A stretch of DNA of 64,000 bases from an uncultured bacterium (GTDB lineage Bacteria; Planctomycetota; UBA1135; GCA-002686595): the NCBI GenBank assembly GCA_943787795.1, contig CALSNU010000006.1:448001-512000 (forward strand), in the 5' to 3' direction. A model generated the notes under the pieces. That model was not told the DNA's origin. It saw only the letters and a program-made list of their open reading frames with translations, and did no database searches. Of the stretch, positions 12,001-20,384 are shown one piece after another (the first letter of the stretch is position 1; every line of letters starts with the position of its first letter). Position numbers and translations under genes: made by a program.

Positions 12001-12879
12001 CTGACCGACCTCGGCGCTGACGGTGCCGAGCTCGGCCACCACCGTGCTCCGCTCGGCCTCGCGCTCCTCGATCCCCTCCTCACACTCAGAGCGGCGTTGG
12101 CGGAGGCCCTCGACCCCGCCCTCGAGCTCCTCGATGGCCGGCCTCAGGACCTCGAGGCTGCCCTCTGCGGCGAGCAGGCGGTGGGAGAGCAGGCGGGTCC
12201 GCCCGGTGGTCCACTCCGCCTTGGCGGTGACGTACTTCTCGGCCTTGGTGGCCTGGATCTTCAGGGACCGCACCCGGCTCCGGAGCTCCCCCATCAGATC
12301 GTCCAGCCGCTCCACGTCCTGCTCACAGCGCTTCAGCCGGAGCTCGGTCTCGTGGCGACGCTGGCGGTAACGACTGATGCCAGCGGCCTCCTCGAAGATC
12401 GCGCGGCGCTGGGCGGGGTTGGCCGAGAGGACCGCGTCGATGCGGCCCTGCTCCAGCACCGAGTAGCCCCGGCTCCCCAGGCCCGTATCAAAGAGCAGGT
12501 CCTTGACGTCCTTGAGGCGCACCCGCTGGCCGTCGATGAGGTACTCCCCCTCGCCGCTGGCGTACAGCCGACGGCTGATGGCGATCTCGGGGCCACGCTC
12601 CTCGAGCACCCCCTGATCGTTGTCGAGCACCATGGTGACCTCGGCGGTCCCCATGCCAGGGCGGCTCGCGGACCCCTTGAAGATGACGTCGGTCATCCCC
12701 GAGCCCCTCATGGAGGTGGGCCGCGTCTCTCCGAGCACCCAGCGGACGGCGTCCACCACGTTGCTCTTGCCGCAGCCATTCGGGCCGACGATGCCCGTGA
12801 GGGTCGTCTGCCCGAAGTCGATGACGGTCCGATCGGCGAACGACTTGAAGCCGAAGAGCTCGAGGCGTTTGAGACGCAT
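9082..12879 (-). CDS. smc: Chromosome segregation protein SMC
   Basis: FKSFAD, Walker A GPNGCGKSN, long coiled coils with a hinge, LSGGQ signature, Walker B FCVLDEVDAALD and VTHNK. Confidence 0.97.
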   Translation of the reverse strand: MRLKRLELFGFKSFADRTVIDFGQTTLTGIVGPNGCGKSNVVDAVRWVLGETRPTSMRGSGMTDVIFKGSASRPGMGTAEVTMVLDNDQGVLEERGPEIAISRRLYASGEGEYLIDGQRVRLKDVKDLLFDTGLGSRGYSVLEQGRIDAVLSANPAQRRAIFEEAAGISRYRQRRHETELRLKRCEQDVERLDDLMGELRSRVRSLKIQATKAEKYVTAKAEWTTGRTRLLSHRLLAAEGSLEVLRPAIEELEGGVEGLRQRRSECEEGIEEREAERSTVVAELGTVSAEVGQISGDLRALEERKSQLAMRIASWTASTEEETERAAALGVQLTEREEELARITGEIDALRERTRAAEERATSLTSQSRELGKTYKQLRVEVEAQNERVLDTLHQRTASENKIVHLREAIPPMTERLARVTERFERSETQAGEVQETLLGAQGSLESAVSVLEGADRSLETVRADLGSGREGLERGRAERSGLRVERAGLQSKVEALMDRDRELEDLSGGARRVLEAAGEAGGPCHQDDLLGLVADQLRADTRLARAIDAVLGERAHALVARDAHVARRIVDWCESEQVGQVGVVVPPGVGAPDCPPPSDFALFARFGAGVEGRLGDLVQCDESMRPLVHALFCDVVVVSSLDLALDLVGREPGWRFVTPRGEFVDAAGLVGGHRELSQGFVGRRSSAAELERSIAKLAAEIEQKDTEIQQSEAAVAELQAQLAASTEARDAAVEAHGEAESLVVSSTARLADLESALESHGEERAKAQGELARVESDLQEASARKEQAAEAFEAENARLEQMEKGRRQLEAEREDLQREEGRAQVELTSATAESSGLEQRISDLDRLITDTAAEIDRSKGRVQTYGASADEGRSDIEKINADSDVLTEQQTELGERLERLREDERSGAQRITEIRRESEAVQGELDRSSEALANQRMEAQAAEIGQREVVGRADEELGIDEAALREAFAVEAAEIMPGDELEAFEKEVAAVRAQLDRLGPVNVEAVHELEEVGSRLEHLETQASDLAEARRALRETISTIDEESRRLFVETFEEVRGNFQQIFRLLFGGGKADIRLEEGVDVLEAGVEIVARPPGRELLAIGLLSGGQRTMTALALLFAVFEARPSPFCVLDEVDAALDDANIDRFLGMLERFRKSTQFIVVTHNKGTMAASQALYGVTMQVKGVSRFVAVELDEIDEFAPESTGKSRDREAGAEPLPGAPGDLDESGEPVKELTVHRPDASAVEPPASEGADEPSVEPVADEA

Positions 12880-12944
12880 GCAGAGAGGTCGTGTGGAGCA
12901 GGAGCGGGGGTGCGCGCTGAGAGACTGTCAAATCCCACCCGCAG

Positions 12945-15155
12945 TCAAAAGAGAGACTTCCCGCCCTCCCTGGATCCGGAATGGGGGCCTGCCCCACGAT
13001 GGGCTTGAAATTGCCTCCAGAGCTCGAATCGGGGCGTTTCGGCGCCTCCGACCCCTGCGGCATCGGGGCCGGGCGTCGACCTGATTTCTGGGGCCGAGGG
13101 GCCCCCGGCGTCCCCGGTCCCAGGGAAGAGTCCCCCCGCGGGTGAGGTCTCGAACAGGGTGGCGAGCCCTCGAGCCCGGCCAGGCCCCTCCTGAACCGCC
13201 TGCAGATCCGTCCCTCCGAGTCCGCTCACCAGGCCCCCGTAGGCCTCCACGCGCTCGGCCTCGGGCCGAGGCATGTCCTCGAAGAGGCGGGCCTGGGTGG
13301 GCCCCTCACCGGGCGCATCCGCCGCGGCAAAGCGCTCCGCCGCGGGCCGCCGGAACGCCCCCGAGACCTCCACTTGGAGCTCTGCCATCCGCCCCAGCCG
13401 CGCCCCCGCGTCCCGCAGGACCCCCAGCACCTGCGCGCCCTGATCCGCCTTGGCGGCCCCGTCCCCGAGGATCCGCAGCGCCTCGTGGAGCCCGACCGGC
13501 ACCAGCAGATGGACGGCTCTCGAAGCGATGAGCTCCCCGTGACGCTGCCGGGCCTCCCCCTGAAAGCGCGCCAGGGCACCGCTCGCCTCGACCGCTGTGG
13601 CCACCCGCTCGAGCAGCAGCTGGAGGAACCGCTCCTCTCGCCACGGGCCCGCCAGCCGGGCGAGTCGCGGCAGGTTGATCGCGACCGCGGAGGCCACGGC
13701 CAAGGGCCCTCGCTCCCGGCGGCGGCGGTGGCAGCCCGGCCCCACCCAACGGACCCCCTCTGGCGCCCAGACCGGCACCAGATGTCCAGACCCAAGGAGC
13801 GCCTCGGCCGCGGCCAGGGTCTCGGCTCGAACCTCGCCCCGGGGCGCCGCCGCGATGGCGTCCTCGACCTCCGCGAACGTGGCGTGGACCTGGACCGCCG
13901 CCCCGCCGTCTGCCGCCGCCCGGCCAAGGCACCGAATGAGGCGCCCCGCGGCGACCCCTCGCTTCCCCCCGAACCGGGCCACCCCGAGCGAGCGGCCCGA
14001 CGCCTCCGCTGCGGCGCCAAGGCTGCAAAGGAGATCAACCGCCGGGGCCTCGCGCCGCTCGAAGGAGGCACCGCCCGGCTCCATGACGGTGGCCAGCGCC
14101 CCCGCGAGGTCCTCGATGAAGAGACCGCGGCCCGCGTCGCGGAGCGCAACACCGACCCGCCGGACCAGGCGAAAGGCGCCGCCGCGCGCCACCGGCTCAC
14201 CGCCCCCGAGCAGGGCAGCCGAGAGCGACAGGGAGAGGACTCGGTGGGGCGCGCTCGCGCCCATCACGTGAAGATCGCCCCGTCGGTGCGCCTCGGCGCT
14301 CTCGGACGAGAGCACGTCCTGAAGCGCCCAGCGCTCGATGAGCGCCTCCCCCGAGACCTCGTCGAACGCCCTGCGCTCCGCTCGATCGCTCCAGGCGCAG
14401 GGGCCGGGGACCCGGTCCAGTTGATCCGGCCGGCTCCCATGGAGCGCAGCCGTGAGCTCCCGGCGGGGCAGCCCGACTGCCTCGTGCTGACGGAGGGCGC
14501 CCTCGAGACCGGCCTCAAGAAGCGCATGGTTCACGAGCTCGCGCACCAACCCGCCGGTCACGCGTCGGAGGGTGGTGCCGCTCAGGAAGGTCTCCACCCG
14601 GGCGGCCACCGCCGTGGCCTGCTCGGCGCCCAGCCCCGCCTCCTCCACGAGCCCGGAGGCCACCCGCCCGGGGTCAAACGGCCGGGATCCGTCTCGGCCC
14701 TCGACCACGGGCAGCCGCGCGGCGCCGATCGAGGGCGCGCTGCTCCGACTCTCCCTCAGGACCTCGCGTGCCCGGGCACGCCGGTCCCTCGCAAGAATGA
14801 ACTCCCGGGCCACATCCGTCTGCCCAAGCTCCACCAGCGCACGCTCCACCATCCCCCCGACCTCGGCGGGATCCACGTGGGCAGGGCGCCGCTCCCCATC
14901 GCTGGGGAGCGAGAACCTGACGATGTCCACCACCTCATCCACGAGGGCAGAATCAGCCGTCCCGGCCGCCACGCGCGCGCGCTCGACGCTCTCACGGAGG
15001 CGAGCCTCTTCGAAGGGCTCCACCGATCCAGGGAGCCGAGCGGCGGGCTCACCGAATGCAGCCGACGAACCGCGCCAAACCGGCGACGGTCCCATGGCGA
15101 CCGGGGGCGTCGCGTCCACGCCCTCGGAGCCAAACAGCCCCTCTTCCACGGACAT
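12945..15155 (-). CDS. Degenerate anaerobic ribonucleoside-triphosphate reductase (NrdD)-like protein with two ATP-cones; no glycyl-radical motif
   Basis: Two ATP-cone-like segments followed by NrdD-like barrel motifs (AEAHRRGDLHV, AINLPRLA, VGLHEAL, AAERFAAAD). No C-terminal CxxC/CxxC ribbon or RxxGY. Directly downstream of nrdR. Confidence 0.72.
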   Translation of the reverse strand: MSVEEGLFGSEGVDATPPVAMGPSPVWRGSSAAFGEPAARLPGSVEPFEEARLRESVERARVAAGTADSALVDEVVDIVRFSLPSDGERRPAHVDPAEVGGMVERALVELGQTDVAREFILARDRRARAREVLRESRSSAPSIGAARLPVVEGRDGSRPFDPGRVASGLVEEAGLGAEQATAVAARVETFLSGTTLRRVTGGLVRELVNHALLEAGLEGALRQHEAVGLPRRELTAALHGSRPDQLDRVPGPCAWSDRAERRAFDEVSGEALIERWALQDVLSSESAEAHRRGDLHVMGASAPHRVLSLSLSAALLGGGEPVARGGAFRLVRRVGVALRDAGRGLFIEDLAGALATVMEPGGASFERREAPAVDLLCSLGAAAEASGRSLGVARFGGKRGVAAGRLIRCLGRAAADGGAAVQVHATFAEVEDAIAAAPRGEVRAETLAAAEALLGSGHLVPVWAPEGVRWVGPGCHRRRRERGPLAVASAVAINLPRLARLAGPWREERFLQLLLERVATAVEASGALARFQGEARQRHGELIASRAVHLLVPVGLHEALRILGDGAAKADQGAQVLGVLRDAGARLGRMAELQVEVSGAFRRPAAERFAAADAPGEGPTQARLFEDMPRPEAERVEAYGGLVSGLGGTDLQAVQEGPGRARGLATLFETSPAGGLFPGTGDAGGPSAPEIRSTPGPDAAGVGGAETPRFELWRQFQAHRGAGPHSGSREGGKSLF

Positions 15156-15167
15156 CCGATGCTCCGG

Positions 15168-15737
15168 TCAGGACCCGTCGCGAGTCTCGGTCTGCGGCTC
15201 GGAATCCGGGGGACTGGCGGCCTGCCGATCCCCTGAACGGTCGCCCGGCTGCCCATCGAGAACCGGGTCGTCCAGGCCCTCGACGTCTTCGTCGAGGATG
15301 GTCTCCAGCTCGGACATGAACTGCCCCACGTCCTTGAACTCGCGGTACACGCTGGCGAAGCGAACGTAGGCCACCTGGTCGAGCTGGCGCAGCTCGTCCA
15401 TCACCAGTGAGCCGATGACCGAGCTCGGGACCTCTCGGTCGTACTCACCCTGACACCGCCCCTCGACGCGCATGACCGCCTCCTCGATGTCCGCCATGGA
15501 CACGGGCAGCTTCTCGCACGCCCGAAGCATCCCGTGGAGGATGCGGTCGCGGTCAAAGCGGACGCGCTCCCCGTTCTTCTTGATCACCCTGAGCGGGCTC
15601 TCCTCGATGCGCTCGTACGTGGTGAAGCGCATGAAGCACTCGAGGCACTCGCGGCGCCGCCGGATCACCACGCCATCCGCGGACGTCCGTGAGTCGACCA
15701 CGCGGTCGTCGTCGGAGGAGCAGCGGGGGCACTTCAA
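15168..15737 (-). CDS. nrdR: Transcriptional repressor NrdR
   Basis: From TTG 15737: KCPRC...VVDSR...IRRRRECLECFMRFTTYE, an ATP-cone, and DQVAYVRFASVYREF. Confidence 0.96.
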   Translation of the reverse strand: MKCPRCSSDDDRVVDSRTSADGVVIRRRRECLECFMRFTTYERIEESPLRVIKKNGERVRFDRDRILHGMLRACEKLPVSMADIEEAVMRVEGRCQGEYDREVPSSVIGSLVMDELRQLDQVAYVRFASVYREFKDVGQFMSELETILDEDVEGLDDPVLDGQPGDRSGDRQAASPPDSEPQTETRDGS

Positions 15738-15813
15738 GGGGGAGATCGGGCCGATGGCCCGGGGAACGAGTGGAGCAAGCCCAAAGGGGCGTGTCAACGA
15801 GGACCGGCCACCC

Positions 15814-17346
15814 TCACTTCCCGAGGCAAAACTGGGCGAAGATCCGGTCCAGGAGGTCCTCTGGCGTCGTACGCCCCACGACGCCGTCCAGGGCGTCCGT
15901 GGCGCAGCGGAGGTCCTCCGCGACCTGATCCAGGGGGGCTCCGCCCCCCGACTCCCCTCCAAGCAGCCCCTGCCGCGCCATCTGGAGGCCAGCGCGAGCC
16001 TCCTCCAGCGACTGCAGGTGCCGCGCCCCAAGGCCCAGCGCCCCCGGATTCCCGGCGGCGTCCTCGTTGGACTCCAGGAGGGCCAGCGCCGCCCGGTCGA
16101 GCGCCTCAAGCCCGTCGCCGCTCGCGGCGCTGATCGCGACCCAGGCGTCCGCGCGCTCACGCAGCCCCCACGGAGGCTCCGGCGCCGCCCCCTTGAGGTC
16201 CGTCTTGTTCCAGACCAGCAGGACGGGCGCGCCCTCGGCTTCGAGGCTCGGCAGCGCCGCCCCCGCAGCGTCAACCACCGTGACCAGAAGGTCGGCGCTG
16301 CTCACCAGCCGGGCGGCGTTGGACTCGGCGATCCGGTCAGGGTCGTCCGCGTCCCGCTCATCTGTCTTTCTCTCCGCTGTATCTCTCTCCGCTGTATCTC
16401 TTCCCGCTGGGCCCAGCTCATTCGCCGCACCACCTTCGCCGCGCCGCCCCAGCGCAGCAACATCGGAGGCCCCCACGCCGCGAGCTCCGTCGCGATCCAC
16501 CACGCCGGCGGTATCGACCAGCTCCAGGATGCGATCCGGGCTGAGACGCCACTCCGCATGCTTGGCGTCGCGGGTCGTCCCCGCGAGGTCACTCACGAGC
16601 GCCCCGCCGCTCGCCTCTGCCGTCCTGCCGGAGGCGAGGCGGTTGAACAGCGTGCTCTTGCCCGCGTTGGGCGCCCCGGCGAGCACCGCCCTGCCCGCGC
16701 GTCCCGTCGCCATCCGGGCGCGCTCCCACCCGAGCGCCGCGTCGAGCCCGGCCGCCACGTCGCTCGCCATGCGCTCGAGCTGCCGGGTTGGGACGTGGCC
16801 CGTATCCGCCTCGTCGAAGTCCAGGCTGGCCTCCGTCAGCGAGCGAAGCGCCTCGAGCCCCGCGCGGAGCTCCCCGAGCCGACGCTCGAGCCCGCCCGCC
16901 AACAGAGCCGAGGCCGCCCGCCGCTCGCTTCGGGTTCGCGCCTGAACGAGCGCCAGCACACCCTCCGCGCGGGTCAGATCGATTCGACCGTTCTCGAAGG
17001 CTCGGCGGGTGAACTCTCCCGGCTCGGCGAGCGTCGCTCCAGCCGAGAGGACACGCTCGAGCGCTCCCTGGGCCAACGCGGGGTGCCCCGGGAGATGGAG
17101 CTCGAGGACGTCCTCAGCCGTGAACGAGCGCGGTCCGGGCATCCAGACCGCGAGGCACGGCAGCGCGCCAACCCCGTCGTCGAACAGGGCCTCGTGGGCC
17201 CCGCGCCGATCGAGCTTCAGGGGTCGACCGCTCGCGTCGGTGCAGCACTCCGCCCCCAAGCGTGCAGCCCGGGGGCCAGAGACACGCAGCACCGCCCGCC
17301 GGCCCGCACCGGCTGACGAGGCGATCGCCGCGATGGTCGAGCTCAC
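15814..17346 (-). CDS. mnmE: tRNA modification GTPase MnmE (TrmE)
   Basis: TIAAIAS, PRSFTAED, AEPGEFTRRAFENGRIDL, GAPNAGKS, GTTRD, DTAG, NKTD and C-terminal FCLGK. Confidence 0.96.
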   Translation of the reverse strand: MSSTIAAIASSAGAGRRAVLRVSGPRAARLGAECCTDASGRPLKLDRRGAHEALFDDGVGALPCLAVWMPGPRSFTAEDVLELHLPGHPALAQGALERVLSAGATLAEPGEFTRRAFENGRIDLTRAEGVLALVQARTRSERRAASALLAGGLERRLGELRAGLEALRSLTEASLDFDEADTGHVPTRQLERMASDVAAGLDAALGWERARMATGRAGRAVLAGAPNAGKSTLFNRLASGRTAEASGGALVSDLAGTTRDAKHAEWRLSPDRILELVDTAGVVDRDGARGVGASDVAALGRRGEGGAANELGPAGRDTAERDTAERKTDERDADDPDRIAESNAARLVSSADLLVTVVDAAGAALPSLEAEGAPVLLVWNKTDLKGAAPEPPWGLRERADAWVAISAASGDGLEALDRAALALLESNEDAAGNPGALGLGARHLQSLEEARAGLQMARQGLLGGESGGGAPLDQVAEDLRCATDALDGVVGRTTPEDLLDRIFAQFCLGK

Positions 17347-19424
17347 CGCTTCTTACGGCCCCCGCCTCCACGGGCCTGCCCACCCTTGCGCTGCGCCTCC
17401 TGCTGCGCCACGGCCTGCTTCTGCAGGTTCTCCAGCTTCTCCATCCAGCGCGACTTCTTCTTCGGCTGCTCCGATTCGTCGAGGGGCCAGATCCTGCGGA
17501 TGACCGTGTACTCCATGATCCCGAACGCGCTGGTCGTGATCATGTAGAGGGAGAGCCCCGCGGCGTAGTTGTAGAGGAAGACGCCGAAGAGGATCGGCAT
17601 CCACATCATCATCTTCTGCATCTGCCGCGCCTGCTCGTTGTCCGTCGCCGGCTTGGGCACGACCTTCTGCTGCCCGATCCACAGCACGACCATCAAGATC
17701 GGCAGGAGGTTGAAGTACTCGATCGGCCCGATGATGGGGACCGGCAGATCGATGCGCATCAGCTGGTCCGGCTGAGACAGGTCCTTGATCCAGCCGAGGA
17801 AGGGCTCCTGTCGCAGGTCGAATGAGACGCGCAAGGCGCTGAAGAGCCCGAAGAAGATCGGGATCTGGAAGAAGACCGGGAGACAGCCCCCGATGGGCGG
17901 CATGGCGCCCTCCTCCTGGAAGATCCGCGCCTGCTCCTGACGGAGCCGCTTGGGGTCGTCCTCGTACTTCTTCTTGATCGCGTCGATCTTCGGCTGGACG
18001 CGCTTCATCTTCGTCGCGTGCCGCGCCATCGACGTCTGCATGCGCCGGTTCAGGGGGAAGAGGAGGCTCCGCACGCAGAGGGTGAGGATGATGATCGCCA
18101 CGCCCCAGTTGCCCACGACCCCGTGGAGGAAGTTGAGGAAGCCGAGGATCACGCTCGCGACCCCGTCGAAGAAGCCGAGATCCTCGCGCTGCACCTGCTC
18201 GACGATCGGCGCGAAGGGATCCTCGGCGCCGAGCCAGCGCGCTGACTTCGGTCCGTAGTAAGCGCTGAATTCGACGGCCGACGAGGCCCCCTGGCTCGCC
18301 GTGGTGAGCTCGAGCACGCCCTCGACCATGACGTCCTGGAAGCCCTCATCCATGGCACCGCCGTCCATGACCCAGTCCGGGTCCCAGAGGGCCCCCCAGT
18401 TGGCCTCCGAGAGCACCGCTCGCGCTAGGTCGTTGGAGGGACGCGCGAGCATCATGAAGTACTTGTTGTGCGTCCCGAGGAACCCGATCTCCGAGCGACC
18501 GCCGGAAACGAGCGCGCCGGTCCGTGGTTGACCTTCGGGATCGAGCAGATGAACGGAGAGCTCGCCCCCGCTCGCCGCGGCCACCGCGTTGGGCTCCTGA
18601 TAGAAGCTGTCCTGCCCCTCTGCTCTCATCCCGACCGACGTGAGGAACCCGAGCGTCGCCCGCTTCCCGGCCACCGCCGCCGTCGTGCTCTCGACCGCCA
18701 AGGCGACCTCGAGCTGGAAGGCCTCGGAGGAGTGGCGAATGGTCTTCACCAGGGTCAGCCCGCCCGCGTCACGGTGAGTGAACTCCACCCCATCATCCAG
18801 CAGACGGTGCTCCCAGTGGACGGTGGTGAGATCGGAGACCAGCAGCTCTCGGGCCGAGATCTGCGGCCGAACCATGAACGTCTGGAGGGTCTGCTCATGC
18901 GTCACCGCGGGCTGCACCACGGCGACCTGATTCTCCCGCTCCTGGCGCTGCTCGTCGCTCAACCCCTCCGCGATGAAGAAGTCCGCCAGGCGGATCTCCG
19001 CCACGCTTCCGCCGAGGCTGTCAAACCTCACGAAGGCGCGCTCGGTCGACCCGGGCGCGCCCAGCTCGATCCAGTCGGACCAGGGCTCCACCGCCGCCGC
19101 TTCCTGGAGCTCCGACTCGCCCTCCATCGGGGCGACCTCCTCGGACCCAGCAACAGAACCAGCAGCAGAACCAGCAGTGGACCCATCGGCCTCCCCTACG
19201 CTCGCCGCCTCCTCCAGGTCCTGCCCTGAGGACGCCGCCTCCGCTGGAGCCGCGGCACCAGGGACGACATCCGCCGCCCCGCTCGCCTCTCCGGTTGCGA
19301 CCTCGGCAGCCGTACCCTCGGCGCCCACGTCGGTCGGCGACGGGGGACCTTGGATGGCTTCCCATCCGAAGAGGATGAGGAAGCACAGAACGAGAGCCAG
19401 CGGGAGACGCTTCTCCATACCCAT
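17343..19424 (-). CDS. yidC: Membrane protein insertase YidC
   Basis: MEKRL...N-terminal TM, a periplasmic domain, GNWGVAIIILT, GGCLP..QIPIFFG, FLGWIKDLSQPD and GLSLY. Confidence 0.96.
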   Translation of the reverse strand: MGMEKRLPLALVLCFLILFGWEAIQGPPSPTDVGAEGTAAEVATGEASGAADVVPGAAAPAEAASSGQDLEEAASVGEADGSTAGSAAGSVAGSEEVAPMEGESELQEAAAVEPWSDWIELGAPGSTERAFVRFDSLGGSVAEIRLADFFIAEGLSDEQRQERENQVAVVQPAVTHEQTLQTFMVRPQISARELLVSDLTTVHWEHRLLDDGVEFTHRDAGGLTLVKTIRHSSEAFQLEVALAVESTTAAVAGKRATLGFLTSVGMRAEGQDSFYQEPNAVAAASGGELSVHLLDPEGQPRTGALVSGGRSEIGFLGTHNKYFMMLARPSNDLARAVLSEANWGALWDPDWVMDGGAMDEGFQDVMVEGVLELTTASQGASSAVEFSAYYGPKSARWLGAEDPFAPIVEQVQREDLGFFDGVASVILGFLNFLHGVVGNWGVAIIILTLCVRSLLFPLNRRMQTSMARHATKMKRVQPKIDAIKKKYEDDPKRLRQEQARIFQEEGAMPPIGGCLPVFFQIPIFFGLFSALRVSFDLRQEPFLGWIKDLSQPDQLMRIDLPVPIIGPIEYFNLLPILMVVLWIGQQKVVPKPATDNEQARQMQKMMMWMPILFGVFLYNYAAGLSLYMITTSAFGIMEYTVIRRIWPLDESEQPKKKSRWMEKLENLQKQAVAQQEAQRKGGQARGGGGRKKR

Positions 19425-19480
19425 GGTGGGAGTGACGTTGGGGTGATCCCCCGAGGGGGACGAAAGGATGGATTGGCCGA

Positions 19481-20293
19481 TCAGCGCCCGTTGGCGAGCC
19501 GTTCAGCCAGGAATTCGGGCAGCGCCTCGACGGCGAGGATGGCCGCCGCCGCGCGCTCGTGGTCGTACTTCGCACGCACGAAGGTCACGTTACGTCCGTC
19601 GAAGAGGACGTAGGAGAGCCGCGGGTCGCCGTCTCGCGGCTGTCCGACGGAGCCGACGTTGACGATCGCTCGGTTGCTATCGAGATCGCCGAGGTCGTAG
19701 GGACCGCACGCGTCCCCCTCGCTCTTGGGCACGAAGTAGGCCCCGTCTTCGAAGAGCACCACCGGCACGTGGCTGTGCCCGATGAAGCAGATGGATCGGC
19801 TCATGGCACCGAAGAGAGCCCTCATCTTCTCCCGATCCTTGATGTCCCGAGGGACCACGTACTCCCGCACCGGGTCCCGCGGCGAGCCATGGGCGAACAT
19901 CGCGATCGAGTCCGTTCCGCTGGCCTCGAGGTCGCCGATGAAGTCCCAGTAGGCGTCAGCGCGACCTGGATCCCGGCTGACCTCCTCCCGCGTCCACTCG
20001 ATGGCCGCGCGTGCCTTCGGGTTGAAGTCATCGGCGCTGAAGAGCAGGGCCTCCTCGTGATTGCCCTTCAGGCAAAGGCCGGGCTCGAGACCCTCACCTT
20101 CGCCGGAGGGCGAGGGGACACAGCGCTGCATCACAGCGTCCAGACACGCGCGAGGCTCGGCGCCGTACCCCACCATGTCCCCCAGGCACACGAACCGCTG
20201 CACACCTCTCTGCTGAGCGTCAGCCAGGCAGGCCTCGAGCGCCTGCCGGTTGCCGTGCAGGTCGCTGATGATCGCCGTGAGGGGGTACGTCAT
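19481..20293 (-). CDS. Calcineurin-like metallophosphoesterase
   Basis: SDLHGN, GDMVGYG, GNHE, HGSP, GHSH and NVGSVGQPRDG motifs. Confidence 0.92.
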   Translation of the reverse strand: MTYPLTAIISDLHGNRQALEACLADAQQRGVQRFVCLGDMVGYGAEPRACLDAVMQRCVPSPSGEGEGLEPGLCLKGNHEEALLFSADDFNPKARAAIEWTREEVSRDPGRADAYWDFIGDLEASGTDSIAMFAHGSPRDPVREYVVPRDIKDREKMRALFGAMSRSICFIGHSHVPVVLFEDGAYFVPKSEGDACGPYDLGDLDSNRAIVNVGSVGQPRDGDPRLSYVLFDGRNVTFVRAKYDHERAAAAILAVEALPEFLAERLANGR

Positions 20294-20384
20294 GGGGGCT
20301 CCAGACCAGCGCGCCGCTGAACTGAGGCAGAAGTATCGGGACCCGTCGCCCCCACGGCAACCTCGCGTCCAAGGACCTTCGGCC

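Noticed and set aside
9082..12879. Wadjet/MksB or other SMC-like defence system
   Set aside because: Canonical housekeeping SMC motifs with a hinge, and no jetABD-like neighbours.
12945..15155. Functional anaerobic ribonucleotide reductase nrdD
   Set aside because: No glycyl-radical loop, no C-terminal Cys pairs and no nrdG, so the gene symbol is withheld.
15156..15813. NrdR-box operator sites
   Set aside because: No AT-rich NrdR-box-like palindrome is visible by eye around nrdR or the nrdD-like gene.
15738..16274. Long N-terminal extension of NrdR in the ORF track
   Set aside because: It overlaps mnmE; NrdR begins at the canonical (M)KCPxC, TTG 15737.
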